This document shows positions 26,075 to 35,015 of a stretch of DNA of 51,301 nt, piece by piece. Numbering within the stretch: position 1 is the stretch's first letter; every line of letters starts with the position of its first letter. Both the position numbers and the translations under genes were made by a program. Under the pieces are notes generated by a model. It was not told where the DNA came from, did not search any database, and worked only from the letters and a program-made list of their open reading frames with translations. The stretch is from an uncultured Eubacteriales bacterium. Lineage in GTDB: Bacteria > Bacillota > Clostridia > Oscillospirales > Ruminococcaceae. Location of the stretch: contig CAUHFD010000001.1 in assembly GCA_959605275.1 (NCBI GenBank), positions 1-51,301 on the forward strand. The letters are read 5' to 3'.

Positions 26075-28900
26075 ATGAACAAGATAATGGGGAAAGGATA
26101 TTTAATACCGCATACGCATTGGGATAGGGAATGGAGATATCCCATTTGGGAAAACAGGATGTACCTGGTCGAGCTGATCGACAGTCTGTTTGAGACGTTG
26201 GAGAAGAATCCGGGATACAAAAGCTTTTTGTTTGACGGTCAAACGGTTTCGATACGGGACTATCTTGAAGTGCGGCCGGAAAACACCGAAAAAATGAAGC
26301 AGTTTATCCGGGAAGGGCGGATCGTGGTCGGCCCGTGGTATACGCTGCCCGATCTTTATCCGGTCAGCGGGGAGAGCTTGGTGCGTAATCTTCTGAAAGG
26401 GGAACGGACGGCAAAAGAGTTGGGCGGTTGCCTGAAAATCGGCTATGAGTCGTTTGGATGGGGACAGACTGCACAGTTCCCGCAGATCTATAAAGGATTT
26501 TGCATCGACACGGTGGTCGTTGCAAAAAACGTAGATAAAAGCCGGGCTCCGCATTGTGAGTTCATCTGGGAAGGAGCAGACGGGACCAAGGTTTTTGCTA
26601 CCAGACTCGGGAATGATGCCAGAGCCAATTTCTTTATGAATGCATATCTTGAAATTATGAACGGAATGCCATATAAAGAGGATGCGTATCGGTATCGTAT
26701 GGCAGAGCAGGGTATGTCGTTCCACGAAGCGGATCCAGCCGGATATATTCAGGATCACTTTATGCTGGAATCTTCCGAGAAAATCCATACCGAACGAATC
26801 ACCGAAGCGGTCATGAAAGCATGGAAAGGAATGGATGCAACGCTGCTGCCGGAGCACCGCGCAATGATGAACGGTTCGGATTCCACCACGCCGCAGCCGA
26901 AAATGATGGAATTGATCGCGGCAGCCAACGAGGAATTAAAGAAAGCAGGGATCGATATCGAACTGCAAGCTTCCTCGATACAGGAATATGTGGAGCTGCT
27001 CAAGACCATCCCGACCGAACAGCTTCCGGTGGTACAGGGAGAACTGCGTGACGGACCTGCCACCTCGCTGTCAGCTAATGCATTAATGACGCGTCCATAC
27101 ATTAAAATGTTGAACAAGTCAGCGCAAAATATGCTGTTCGGCTGCGCGGAGCCGTTTTCGGTCGCCGGCGTGATGCTGGGCAAAAAATATGATAAGGGAT
27201 TTTTGGATAAAGCAATCGACTATCTGTTGCTGTCCCATCCCCATGATTCCATCAACGGAGTGACGCAGGATAAAACAGTAGATGATGTGATGTACTCCTT
27301 AAATCAATCCCTGGAAATTTCCAAGACCGTATATCATCAAAGCTGTAAAAATATTTTAAAAGCAATTGATACCGGAGCATATGCACCGGATGATGTTTTG
27401 CTGGTGATCTTCAATCCGTTGCCCTTTTCGCGCAGCGAGGTGATTCGGGTATATATTGATACGCCGCGCGATCAGTCGGTGTGGGATTTTGTATTTGAAG
27501 ATGCGGCAGGAAATACATATGAGCCGCAAATAGTCTCGCATCAGGAAGTCACGGTTCCGGTCAGCGATCTGCACGCGCGTCCTTGGCCGAATTTTGCAGA
27601 TAGGCATAGCTGCTATCTGATGGTTTCCGATATTCCCGCAGGAGGATACAAGGTATTAAAGTTGATTCCGAAAAGCAGTTTTAACCGTAATGCAGCATTC
27701 TGGCCGCTGACCCGAAAAACGGCGGGAGATGAGATCGGAAAATCAACGGATGTTTTGGAAAATGAATTTCTGTATGTTAAAGTGAACGCCAACGGAACGG
27801 TGAGCTTGACGGATAAGCGAAGCGGAAAACAGTATGCAAATTTGAATTATTTTGAGGACACGGGGGATGTGGGGGACTATTGGATTTATTTCCCTCCGTA
27901 TCATAATCAGACGTATTCCAGCAAAGGCTGTCAGGCAAAAATATGGACAGAGGATAACGGACCGCTGTCTGCCACTGTTGCGGCACGGATTGAAATGGAA
28001 CTCCCGGCATATGGTTATCGTCCTGAAAACGCGGTGCGGGGAGAGAGCAGACGCAGTGATGAAACCAAGAAAATGCCGGTGACAGTCTATTATACCCTGA
28101 AAAAAGGCAGCGATCAGTTGGATGTTCGCCTGGAAGTAGAAAACACCATAAAAGATCATCGGTTCCGTGTTCTGTTTGACACCGGCGTTTCGGGAGATAC
28201 CGCATACGCACAAGGGCATTTCAATGTGGATGAACGTCCCTATCTGCCGCTGAAAGATCAGGACGGAAAATATTACAACGAATTGACCACGCAGCCGATG
28301 CAGGATTTTATCGACCTGACAGACGGAAAGGAAAACGGATTCGGTATTGTTTCGGACAGCATGATCGAATACGAGGCAATGCCGAATCAAGCAGGAACAC
28401 TGGCATTGACACTGTTTCGTGCGGTCCAGAACATTATCTGTACTGAGATGAGAAGCGGCGGGGTATTTCCGAATCAGGACGGCGGTCAGTCGCTTCGTAA
28501 GCTCACTTACCGCTATGCTATCTGCCCGCACAAAGGAGATTATCGGGATGCAGAGTTGTATCGGCGGGCGAGCGAACTGAACATACCGCTGAAACCGATC
28601 CAGACCAGCAAGCAACTGGAGAACGGCTATTTGCCGGCAGAATATAGCTTTTATCAGGTTGAAGGGCTGACAGTAAGCTGTTTGAAAAAATGTGAAGATA
28701 GTGACAGCTATATTTTGCGGCTGTATAATCCGTCTAGGAAACACAGTTGCGGCAAGGTACGGTTTGCGTCTGAAATAAAAGAAGCATGCTTAACGGATCT
28801 GGATGAAAATGTTATCGGAACAGTGGACTATTCCGGCAACACCTTGACGGTTGAAGCAGCAAGCAACCAAATTATAACCGTTCGGTTTTGCTTTGCGTAA
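26075..28900 (+). CDS. alpha-mannosidase, GH38
   Basis: YLIPHTHWDREWRYP, VGPWYTLPD and LSHPHDSINGV are GH38 signatures; length 941 aa. An alternative start at 26087 (MGKGY) has better SD spacing. Confidence 0.85.
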   Translation: MNKIMGKGYLIPHTHWDREWRYPIWENRMYLVELIDSLFETLEKNPGYKSFLFDGQTVSIRDYLEVRPENTEKMKQFIREGRIVVGPWYTLPDLYPVSGESLVRNLLKGERTAKELGGCLKIGYESFGWGQTAQFPQIYKGFCIDTVVVAKNVDKSRAPHCEFIWEGADGTKVFATRLGNDARANFFMNAYLEIMNGMPYKEDAYRYRMAEQGMSFHEADPAGYIQDHFMLESSEKIHTERITEAVMKAWKGMDATLLPEHRAMMNGSDSTTPQPKMMELIAAANEELKKAGIDIELQASSIQEYVELLKTIPTEQLPVVQGELRDGPATSLSANALMTRPYIKMLNKSAQNMLFGCAEPFSVAGVMLGKKYDKGFLDKAIDYLLLSHPHDSINGVTQDKTVDDVMYSLNQSLEISKTVYHQSCKNILKAIDTGAYAPDDVLLVIFNPLPFSRSEVIRVYIDTPRDQSVWDFVFEDAAGNTYEPQIVSHQEVTVPVSDLHARPWPNFADRHSCYLMVSDIPAGGYKVLKLIPKSSFNRNAAFWPLTRKTAGDEIGKSTDVLENEFLYVKVNANGTVSLTDKRSGKQYANLNYFEDTGDVGDYWIYFPPYHNQTYSSKGCQAKIWTEDNGPLSATVAARIEMELPAYGYRPENAVRGESRRSDETKKMPVTVYYTLKKGSDQLDVRLEVENTIKDHRFRVLFDTGVSGDTAYAQGHFNVDERPYLPLKDQDGKYYNELTTQPMQDFIDLTDGKENGFGIVSDSMIEYEAMPNQAGTLALTLFRAVQNIICTEMRSGGVFPNQDGGQSLRKLTYRYAICPHKGDYRDAELYRRASELNIPLKPIQTSKQLENGYLPAEYSFYQVEGLTVSCLKKCEDSDSYILRLYNPSRKHSCGKVRFASEIKEACLTDLDENVIGTVDYSGNTLTVEAASNQIITVRFCFA

Positions 28901-28908
28901 AAAGAAAT

Positions 28909-29907
28909 ATGGAAGGAAAGAAGATCAGTATGAATGAAAAAATCCCCGGTATCGGAGAAGTGACCAATGACAGCGGACTTATTTATCTGGAACAAGGTGA
29001 GGCATTCACTGTCGGAAAAGACGGAGTGAAAGCTATTTTGACTCCTGCGGACAGAAAGGCGGAATTTATCGTATTTGAGGATAAAACATTGTGCTATGTA
29101 AAATCATCGATGGGATATCCGGCAATCTATCCGATTCGAGACACAGAATTTGAGGCGCCTGTCAAGGCGGTTCTCATGGATTTAGACGGAACCAGTGTGC
29201 ATTCCGAGAGCTTTTGGATGTGGATTATAGAGCAGACGGTTGGCAGATTAATGGGCAACCCGAAATTTCAGTTAGAAAGCATTGATGAGCCTCATGTTTC
29301 GGGACATTCGGTTTCGGAGCACTTACAGTACTGTATTCATAAATACTGTTCGGAAAAAACGGTGGAAGAAGCAAGAAAATATTATTATGAAATTACCGAA
29401 TATGAGATGAAAGAAATCATGGAAGGGCGCGGGAAAGCAGGTGCATTTACACCTGCTCCCGGATTAAAAGAATTTTTGATGACGTTGAAAAAGCACAAAG
29501 TCAAAATCGGACTGGTGACCAGCGGACTTTACACGAAATCGATGCCGGAAATTATCAGTGCGTTTCGAACACTTGACATGGGTGATCCGCTGGCGTTTTA
29601 TGATACTATTATCAATGCGGGAACCGCTTTAAAGAAAGGACAGGCAGGAACGCTGGGAGAGCTGGAAATCAAACCGCATCCATGGCTTTATGCCGAAACG
29701 GCACGTGTCGGATTAGGATTGCAGCCTTATGACAGCCGAGTGATTGGGTTCGAAGATTCTGCAGCCGGAGTGTTATCGGTGCGTTTGGCAGGATTCCCAG
29801 TCATCGGCATCGGCGGCGGAAACATTCAAAAGAGCGGCACAGGAAGCCTATGCTTGCGGCAGTTTGATCATTTATGCGATTCTCTGCCTTTCATTTTGGG
29901 AGAATGA
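28909..29907 (+). CDS. HAD-superfamily hydrolase (beta-phosphoglucomutase/phosphatase-like) with a ~95-aa N-terminal extension
   Basis: Motif I VLMDLDGTS, motif II GLVTSG, motif IV GFEDSAAGV. The start is uncertain (28909 or 28930); the track start at 28888 overlaps the GH38 stop. Confidence 0.7.
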   Translation: MEGKKISMNEKIPGIGEVTNDSGLIYLEQGEAFTVGKDGVKAILTPADRKAEFIVFEDKTLCYVKSSMGYPAIYPIRDTEFEAPVKAVLMDLDGTSVHSESFWMWIIEQTVGRLMGNPKFQLESIDEPHVSGHSVSEHLQYCIHKYCSEKTVEEARKYYYEITEYEMKEIMEGRGKAGAFTPAPGLKEFLMTLKKHKVKIGLVTSGLYTKSMPEIISAFRTLDMGDPLAFYDTIINAGTALKKGQAGTLGELEIKPHPWLYAETARVGLGLQPYDSRVIGFEDSAAGVLSVRLAGFPVIGIGGGNIQKSGTGSLCLRQFDHLCDSLPFILGE

Positions 29908-30110
29908 TCATCCTTTCTGCCTTTCTCACTCTCAAAAAAGGCTTGAATATCGGGAAGAAAACATCTTGCTAACGTTTCCAATTCGTGTTTTGGTATATTC
30001 CATTTGCTCGCTGCCAGCGTGACGCTGGACTCAATTCGTTTTGGGCTCAGCGCTGTTTTTTATCCCTGCGGCTCGCCCGCAAGCGCCATCTTTTTTGTTA
30101 CCTCTTTATA

Positions 30111-30152
30111 TCGCTCAAAACCATTGTTTATACGGTTTTGAGCGATTTTTTT
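30111..30152 (+). terminator. rho-independent terminator (plus strand)
   Basis: TCGCTCAAAACC (30111-30122) pairs with GGTTTTGAGCGA (30134-30145), with an 11-nt loop, followed by TTTTTTT (30146-30152). Confidence 0.65.
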
Positions 30153-30500
30153 CTATTTATTTGGATCAAACAGAGATTCCTGTGTTTCCACAGCTACATC
30201 AGCTGTTAACTGCTTCGCGGCGGTTGCAACTGCCGGTGGCGTCAAACGCAAGTGTTGCGAAGACCGCAGAAACAGGGAGAGATGACGGTGAAGACGGCAG
30301 CACGATCATGTTTCAAGGAGCGCGGTCGTTAGTTCGATTCCTGCGTCTTTGGAGCAAAAGGCGGCGATATAAGTTTCACCGATATCTGAGTTTACTGAAG
30401 CTTCTTTTATAGTAAATATATCACCATCTGAGTTTCGACGTGTATGCATTTTGAACATGTTTTCGTGAATGTTGTTGCATGCGGAAGAGCTGAAACTTCG

Positions 30501-30962
30501 TCAGGCGGAATCAGCCAGCCACGATTGTGACGTGTGTTTTTGTTCATGAACAGAATCATTTTCAAATTCTTCCTCTGTTGTGGAATTACGGCATAGCCGG
30601 TTTTTTGCGTCAAGCGGTGTATTGCGGTAAGAATTATCCACTACTGCACAGGCTTGATATTCTTTCGTACTGTAATAGACGTTTGATTGTTCGACGAGCC
30701 AGTATACATCTCCTATCATCCTAAAAACAACTTGGTTCACAACACTGTAAATGGTAAGTGGATGCCCAATCCCATTCTCCATTTTTATTATACCACAGCT
30801 GCTGAGTTCTTTGAATGTCGCATATACAGAATTCCTGTTCTCTGATTCCCAGAGCCCATCCCCAGATTCAAATGGTATCTTTTCGCTGTATGGCCATATT
30901 GTCCCCGAAAAATTTTGAAACAGTTCACAACCGGGTGTTGTTACGCAGGCAAATCGGAAATG
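30501..30962 (-). pseudogene. fragment resembling the winged-helix N-terminal domain of Firmicutes replication initiator A (RepA_N); no start codon for the first 60 codons
   Basis: The frame is open from 30962 but the first ATG is at 30782. ...LWESENRNSVYATFKELSSCGIIKMENGIGHPLTIYSVVN... resembles the ...EL...GLIERKRQGLGKPN.IYVKNF pattern as I recall it. The downstream part continues in another frame (30407-30613). Confidence 0.3.
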
Positions 30963-31032
30963 TTATAATCTGGGAGATTTGTACTCTTCATTTTAAAAGA
31001 CCTCCAAAGGTTATTAGTTCTGTTATAGTTAA

Positions 31033-31060
31033 CCCCCGTCCATTCATGAATGGACGGGGG
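31033..31060 (-). terminator. 28-nt perfect palindrome downstream of the GH3 gene
   Basis: CCCCCGTCCATTCA/TGAATGGACGGGGG, 73 nt past the minus-strand stop at 31133. The U-tract is weak (TTAACTAT on the minus strand). Confidence 0.5.
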
Positions 31061-31132
31061 AAAGATCACAAATCTTTGGAAACAATACAGCGTTTATTGT
31101 TTATTCGGCGTATGAAGGGGACTTTTGATTGC

Positions 31133-33346
31133 TTATAGGATTTTAAATTCTCCTGTAAGACCCATTGATGAGTCATGACCAATTTGAACGCGAAATGTTC
31201 CCGGTTCGACAATATATTGCATTTCGTTATTGTAAAAACCTAAATCTTGGTAGTTAACTCTGATGGTTGCCTTTTTCACGTCAGATGGTTCCAGCCATAT
31301 TTTTTGATATCCCTTCAGCTCCAGCACGGGACGGCAACGGCTTGCGACTAAATCGCGAATATATAGTTGCACTGTTTCCTCCCCGGCAAAAGTCCCGGTG
31401 TTTTTTACATCTACGGATACTTCTATATAGGAGTCAGACTGGAAAATTTGCAAGTTATCATATGTATATGAAGTATAACTTAATCCAAACCCAAAAGGAA
31501 AGAGTGGTGCTAAAGGAGCATCCAGATATTTACAAGAAAATCGTGCATCAGATATAGGACGGCCGGTGTTGGTATGATTATAGTAAAGAGGACATTCGCC
31601 GGAATTGTTCGGAAAAGTGGTGGTTAACCTGCCGCTTGGATTATAGACACCAAAAAGAATATCACTTAGAGCGTTCCCTGATTCCGTGCCCAGATGCCAT
31701 GCTTCTATCACGGCATCAGATTGTTTGATAATAGAAGGAATAGCGAGGGGTCTTCCGTTAAAAAGAATGGTGATAAGCGGAATATTATACATAGATGCTG
31801 CTTCGATCATTTCACGCTGAGAGTTTGACACCGTAATTTCCGATAATGAAGAGGCTTCTCCACTGAGATCTGCCAGTTCGCCTACTGCTGCGACAATAAC
31901 GTCTGCGTCCTTTACCACTTTGTTCAATTGAGCACGGTTAAACGGCATAACAGGACCAGAACAGGGAAGATAGCAAACATCGGCGCCGGCTTGTTTCAAA
32001 CCTTCTTGAAGAGTTATAACATCCTCCGGATGTCCTTGTAAATTCCATGTTCCGAGCATTTCATTGGCGTTTTGGGCAAGCTCACCTATTAAAGCAATTT
32101 TCATTTTCTTTTTTAGGGGAAGTACGTTGTTGTTCTTTAATAAGACAACAGAACGTGCTGCTGCGTTTCGGGCAATTTTTCTATGTTCATCACATAATAA
32201 AACTTGTTTTTCTTTGTGAGGCTGGGCGTAAGGGTTTTCAAATAATCCTTTGGCAAATTTAATACGCAGAATATGTCTCACTGCCGAATCAATAGCATTC
32301 ATTGTTGCAGAACCGTTCTCTACTGATTCGCTTAAATTTTGTATGTAGCATGCAGAGCCCATATCCATGTCAACACCGGATAGTAGTGACTGTTCGGCGG
32401 CATCTGAACGATTTGCAGCAGTACCATGGTTGACACATTCCATGATTGCGTTGGCATCGCTGACGGTAAAGCCTTCAAACCCGAAATCTTTTCTTAAAAT
32501 GTCTTGAAGAAGATAACGGTTGGCAGTACAAGGAACACCGTTAATATCGTTAAAAGCAGGCATAACCGTTGCTACGCCAGCTTCGACAGCTGCACGAAAT
32601 GGCGGCAGATAAACTTCTGCCAGTGTTTGCAGACTAATGTCCACAGAATTATAGTCTCTACCGCCGATGGCTCCGCCATATGCTGCAAAATGCTTTGCAC
32701 AAGCGGCTAGTTTATCTTGCTCACCAAGGTGGTCACCTTGAAAACCCTTTACTTTGGCTGCCGCCATGCGTGAGGTGAGATAGGTGTCCTCTCCGCCTCC
32801 CTCAGCAATTCTTCCCCAACGGGCATCACGTGCGATGTCGACCATAGGTGCAAAAGTCCAATGGATACCTTGGGCTGAAGCTTCTTTGGCGGCAACAGAA
32901 GCAGTCTCTTCCCATAATTTCTCATCCCAAGAACATGACTCTCCAAGAGGAATAGGAAATATAGTTCGTTGACCGTGAATAACGTCAAGTCCAAAAAGGA
33001 GAGGAATACCCAAACGGGACTCATTTACTGCAATTCGTTGTAAATGATTACAGTGTTCCGTGCCAATTACGCCCAGAAAAGAACCTATTTTTCCTGCTCG
33101 AATATCATCCTCTTGTTGATCCCAGACGGTTCCGTCAATTGCTTTTTGGTATTCTTCTTGCGAAATTCTACCCTCATCAAATAACTTTTTTTGTTCTGCT
33201 AAAGAAATTTCAAAACCACCTACTGCAGATGGTCCGACCTGGTTCAACTGCCCTATTTTTTCTTCTAATGTCATTTTTGCTAACAAAATATCTATTTTTT
33301 TTTCAACATCGCAACATACAAATTGCTTTTGTTTAGATTGTTTCAT
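31133..33346 (-). CDS. GH3 exo-glycosidase (BglX-type beta-glucosidase/beta-xylosidase family)
   Basis: LEEKIGQLNQV, GIPLLFGLDVIHG, ARDARWGRIAEGGGEDTYL and GFEGFTVSDANAI (nucleophile Asp context). Start set at ATG 33346 with a GAAAGG SD 9 nt upstream; the track start at 33442 is an unsupported extension. Confidence 0.85.
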   Translation of the reverse strand: MKQSKQKQFVCCDVEKKIDILLAKMTLEEKIGQLNQVGPSAVGGFEISLAEQKKLFDEGRISQEEYQKAIDGTVWDQQEDDIRAGKIGSFLGVIGTEHCNHLQRIAVNESRLGIPLLFGLDVIHGQRTIFPIPLGESCSWDEKLWEETASVAAKEASAQGIHWTFAPMVDIARDARWGRIAEGGGEDTYLTSRMAAAKVKGFQGDHLGEQDKLAACAKHFAAYGGAIGGRDYNSVDISLQTLAEVYLPPFRAAVEAGVATVMPAFNDINGVPCTANRYLLQDILRKDFGFEGFTVSDANAIMECVNHGTAANRSDAAEQSLLSGVDMDMGSACYIQNLSESVENGSATMNAIDSAVRHILRIKFAKGLFENPYAQPHKEKQVLLCDEHRKIARNAAARSVVLLKNNNVLPLKKKMKIALIGELAQNANEMLGTWNLQGHPEDVITLQEGLKQAGADVCYLPCSGPVMPFNRAQLNKVVKDADVIVAAVGELADLSGEASSLSEITVSNSQREMIEAASMYNIPLITILFNGRPLAIPSIIKQSDAVIEAWHLGTESGNALSDILFGVYNPSGRLTTTFPNNSGECPLYYNHTNTGRPISDARFSCKYLDAPLAPLFPFGFGLSYTSYTYDNLQIFQSDSYIEVSVDVKNTGTFAGEETVQLYIRDLVASRCRPVLELKGYQKIWLEPSDVKKATIRVNYQDLGFYNNEMQYIVEPGTFRVQIGHDSSMGLTGEFKIL

Positions 33347-33514
33347 AAATTTCTGCCTTTCATGGAATATAAACGCAATTTTACGGACCGTTTTTATGTT
33401 GGTACGAGGTCTTTCAAAAAAAGTCAGCATGGACTTGTACATTGTTACTGTTATTTAGACTGAAAACAATGTTCGCATTAAAATATCTGCGCCGAAAGAA
33501 AGATAAAATAAGAC

Positions 33515-34528
33515 TCATTTACAAGGGGGTGCAGTAGATTGTCCTATGTACAATGACACAGTTGCTTTGTAAAAGCCCGTAATGCCGGATCGTATGTTAT
33601 TTAAAAGCATCTCGCAAGCTTTCTTACCAAAGTCTTGCGTGTTATGACTGACTGAAGTGATGGAAGGAGACCAACACTGGCTGTAAATCAAATTGTCAAA
33701 TCCAACAACAGAAATATCCTTGGGGACAGAGAGTCCGGCCTCATGAAACGCCTTGATGGCACCGATTGCCATTAAGTCGTTCGTACAAATTACGGCAGTA
33801 AATTCCTTGCCGGACATCAAGAGCTTCTTTGCTATTTGATACCCGTCATTGATACCGCTTTTATAAAGCAAATCCAATTTTACCACATTTTGGCGAGGAT
33901 TAGAAACACCGTGTTTTTCCAGTTCTTTCAAAAAAACTCGTTCTCTGGAATCTGATTGTTCTATTCCTTGTAAGGCACTTAAATATATGATTTTTCGATG
34001 TCCTAAATCATAGAGATGATTGTATGCCAAAAGCATTCCTTCACCGTAGTTGCCATCTAACAAAGAAATTCTTTTTAAGTCGATGTCATCGATGCCGCCT
34101 GAAACAATTTTAATTCCCGCATCAGCAAGATCATATAATTTTTCTATGTGAAATTTATCTGGCAGCGCTAATATCAATAATCCATCTATCCGCCTGCTGA
34201 TGAAAGTATCAAAATATCCGTCCAGGTTGTTTTGACCTGAACAAATATTGATAAAATAGCCGTTTTTTACTGCTTCGTTTTCAAATCCAAGAACAATTTC
34301 ACCATAATATGGATTTAATATGTTGTCAAAAACAATTCCAAGCTGATGAGTTTCACTTTTTACCATGCTGCGAGCAATCATATCAGGTTTGTAACCTAAT
34401 TTTTTAACAGCAGCATGAACCCGTTGTACTGTTGCATCAGAAAAGTGACGGGTACCATTTAGTACATAGGACACTGTAGCATTAGAAACTCCGGCTTCAC
34501 GTGCTACATCTTCTCTGGTTACGCGCAT
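33515..34528 (-). CDS. LacI-family transcriptional regulator
   Basis: MRVTREDVAREAGVSNATVSYVLNG is the HTH, followed by a PBP1 sugar-binding domain (VVGFDNL). GAAAGGAG SD upstream of ATG 34528. Confidence 0.85.
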   Translation of the reverse strand: MRVTREDVAREAGVSNATVSYVLNGTRHFSDATVQRVHAAVKKLGYKPDMIARSMVKSETHQLGIVFDNILNPYYGEIVLGFENEAVKNGYFINICSGQNNLDGYFDTFISRRIDGLLILALPDKFHIEKLYDLADAGIKIVSGGIDDIDLKRISLLDGNYGEGMLLAYNHLYDLGHRKIIYLSALQGIEQSDSRERVFLKELEKHGVSNPRQNVVKLDLLYKSGINDGYQIAKKLLMSGKEFTAVICTNDLMAIGAIKAFHEAGLSVPKDISVVGFDNLIYSQCWSPSITSVSHNTQDFGKKACEMLLNNIRSGITGFYKATVSLYIGQSTAPPCK

Positions 34529-34858
34529 TACTATAAGAACTCCTTTCAAAAAGCAAACAATTGCTACATGTGTAGTATAATGTAAAAACAAAAGATTTTT
34601 TAACTAAAAAATCCAATAATTTCATATAGAAACATAGAGCATATTTTCCTTTCTTTATAATTATAACTTTTTTTTATCTAATGGTCAAGTCTTTTTTGCT
34701 ACTTTTTTAAAAAATAGTAGCAAAAATAAGCTGGAAAACGACTATATTTATTGTTTACATAGTCATAAGAAAAAGTATTTTTGTAAGCATATAGAATATA
34801 ATAGCTAAAAAAAGAAAAATAAAAAAGATAAATTTTAAAACAAATTATATGTTTTCTA

Positions 34859-34887
34859 TTGACAAACATATTGATATGCGGTATACT
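34859..34887 (+). promoter_or_regulatory. sigma-A type promoter for the 35016 gene
   Basis: TTGACA (34859-34864), a 17-nt spacer, then TATACT (34882-34887), 129 nt upstream of ATG 35016 (AGGAGG SD at 35003-35008). Confidence 0.55.
34869..34878 (+). promoter_or_regulatory. fifth copy of [A/T]ATTGATATG, inside the promoter spacer
   Basis: TATTGATATG at 34869-34878. The extended palindrome is CATAT-TG-ATATG at 34867-34878. This is the same 10-mer family as at 3654, 3751(-), 3846 and 4004. Confidence 0.4.
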
Positions 34888-35015
34888 GACGATAAAAGAA
34901 AAGAGAATTTTTGACCACACGAGTAACTAACGCGCTTTGCGATTGCGTTGTATCTGTTGGTTATGAATTCAGGTCAGTTTCAGTACATATTATTATATTG
35001 CTAGGAGGATTACTG

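Larger units (their letters stand above)
29908..31130. mobile_element. gene-poor spacer with frameshifted fragments resembling plasmid/ICE genes (decayed mobile-element remnant)
   Basis: No intact ORF with SD. Minus-strand fragments occur in three frames, for example ...WNIPKHELETLARCFLPDIQAFFESEKGRKDD (about 29905-30040) and the RepA_N-like fragment at 30501-30962. There is a tRNA-like T-loop fragment GTTCGATTCC at 30332-30341. Confidence 0.3.

Noticed and set aside
26102-28744. Long minus-strand ORFs (26102-26857, 26755-27183, 27743-28744).
   Set aside because: They are antisense to the GH38 gene, whose sense-strand product carries unambiguous family motifs. The antisense products are low-complexity and have no motifs.
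30258-30352. Possible tRNA gene: a GTTCGATTCC T-loop-like sequence with acceptor-like pairings (30290-30296 or 30258-30264 with 30344-30351).
   Set aside because: The T-stem has only 2-3 pairs in any register. The 61-nt version is about 10 nt too short for D and anticodon arms. The 95-nt version has no foldable D-arm. There is no CCA and no proper position-8/9 context. I treat it as a degenerate fragment, not a functional tRNA or tmRNA.
29744-30412. Plus-strand ORFs 29744-30022, 29985-30209 and 30041-30412.
   Set aside because: They overlap one another, cross a strong terminator (30111-30152), lack SDs and have odd composition. The coding-like signal in this region is on the minus strand and is fragmented.
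33461-33478. TGAAAACAATGTTCGCA between the LacI and GH3 genes as a cre/LacI-type operator.
   Set aside because: Only 5 of 7 positions are symmetric, the centre is 3 nt, and the conserved central CG of cre/LacI operators is missing. It is too weak to call.
34693-34726. AT-rich 11-bp palindrome TTTTTGCTACT...AGTAGCAAAAA as a terminator between the divergent LacI and CBM-protein genes.
   Set aside because: It lies between divergently transcribed genes, where no terminator is needed. It is almost pure A/T, so stability would be low. It might be a binding site, but I have no supporting second copy.
34941-34956. CTTTGCGATTGCGTTG in the 5' leader of the CBM-protein gene as a LacI operator.
   Set aside because: It contains a direct TTGCG repeat rather than the inverted repeat expected for LacI-family dimers. 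I found no similar site upstream of the GH3 gene.
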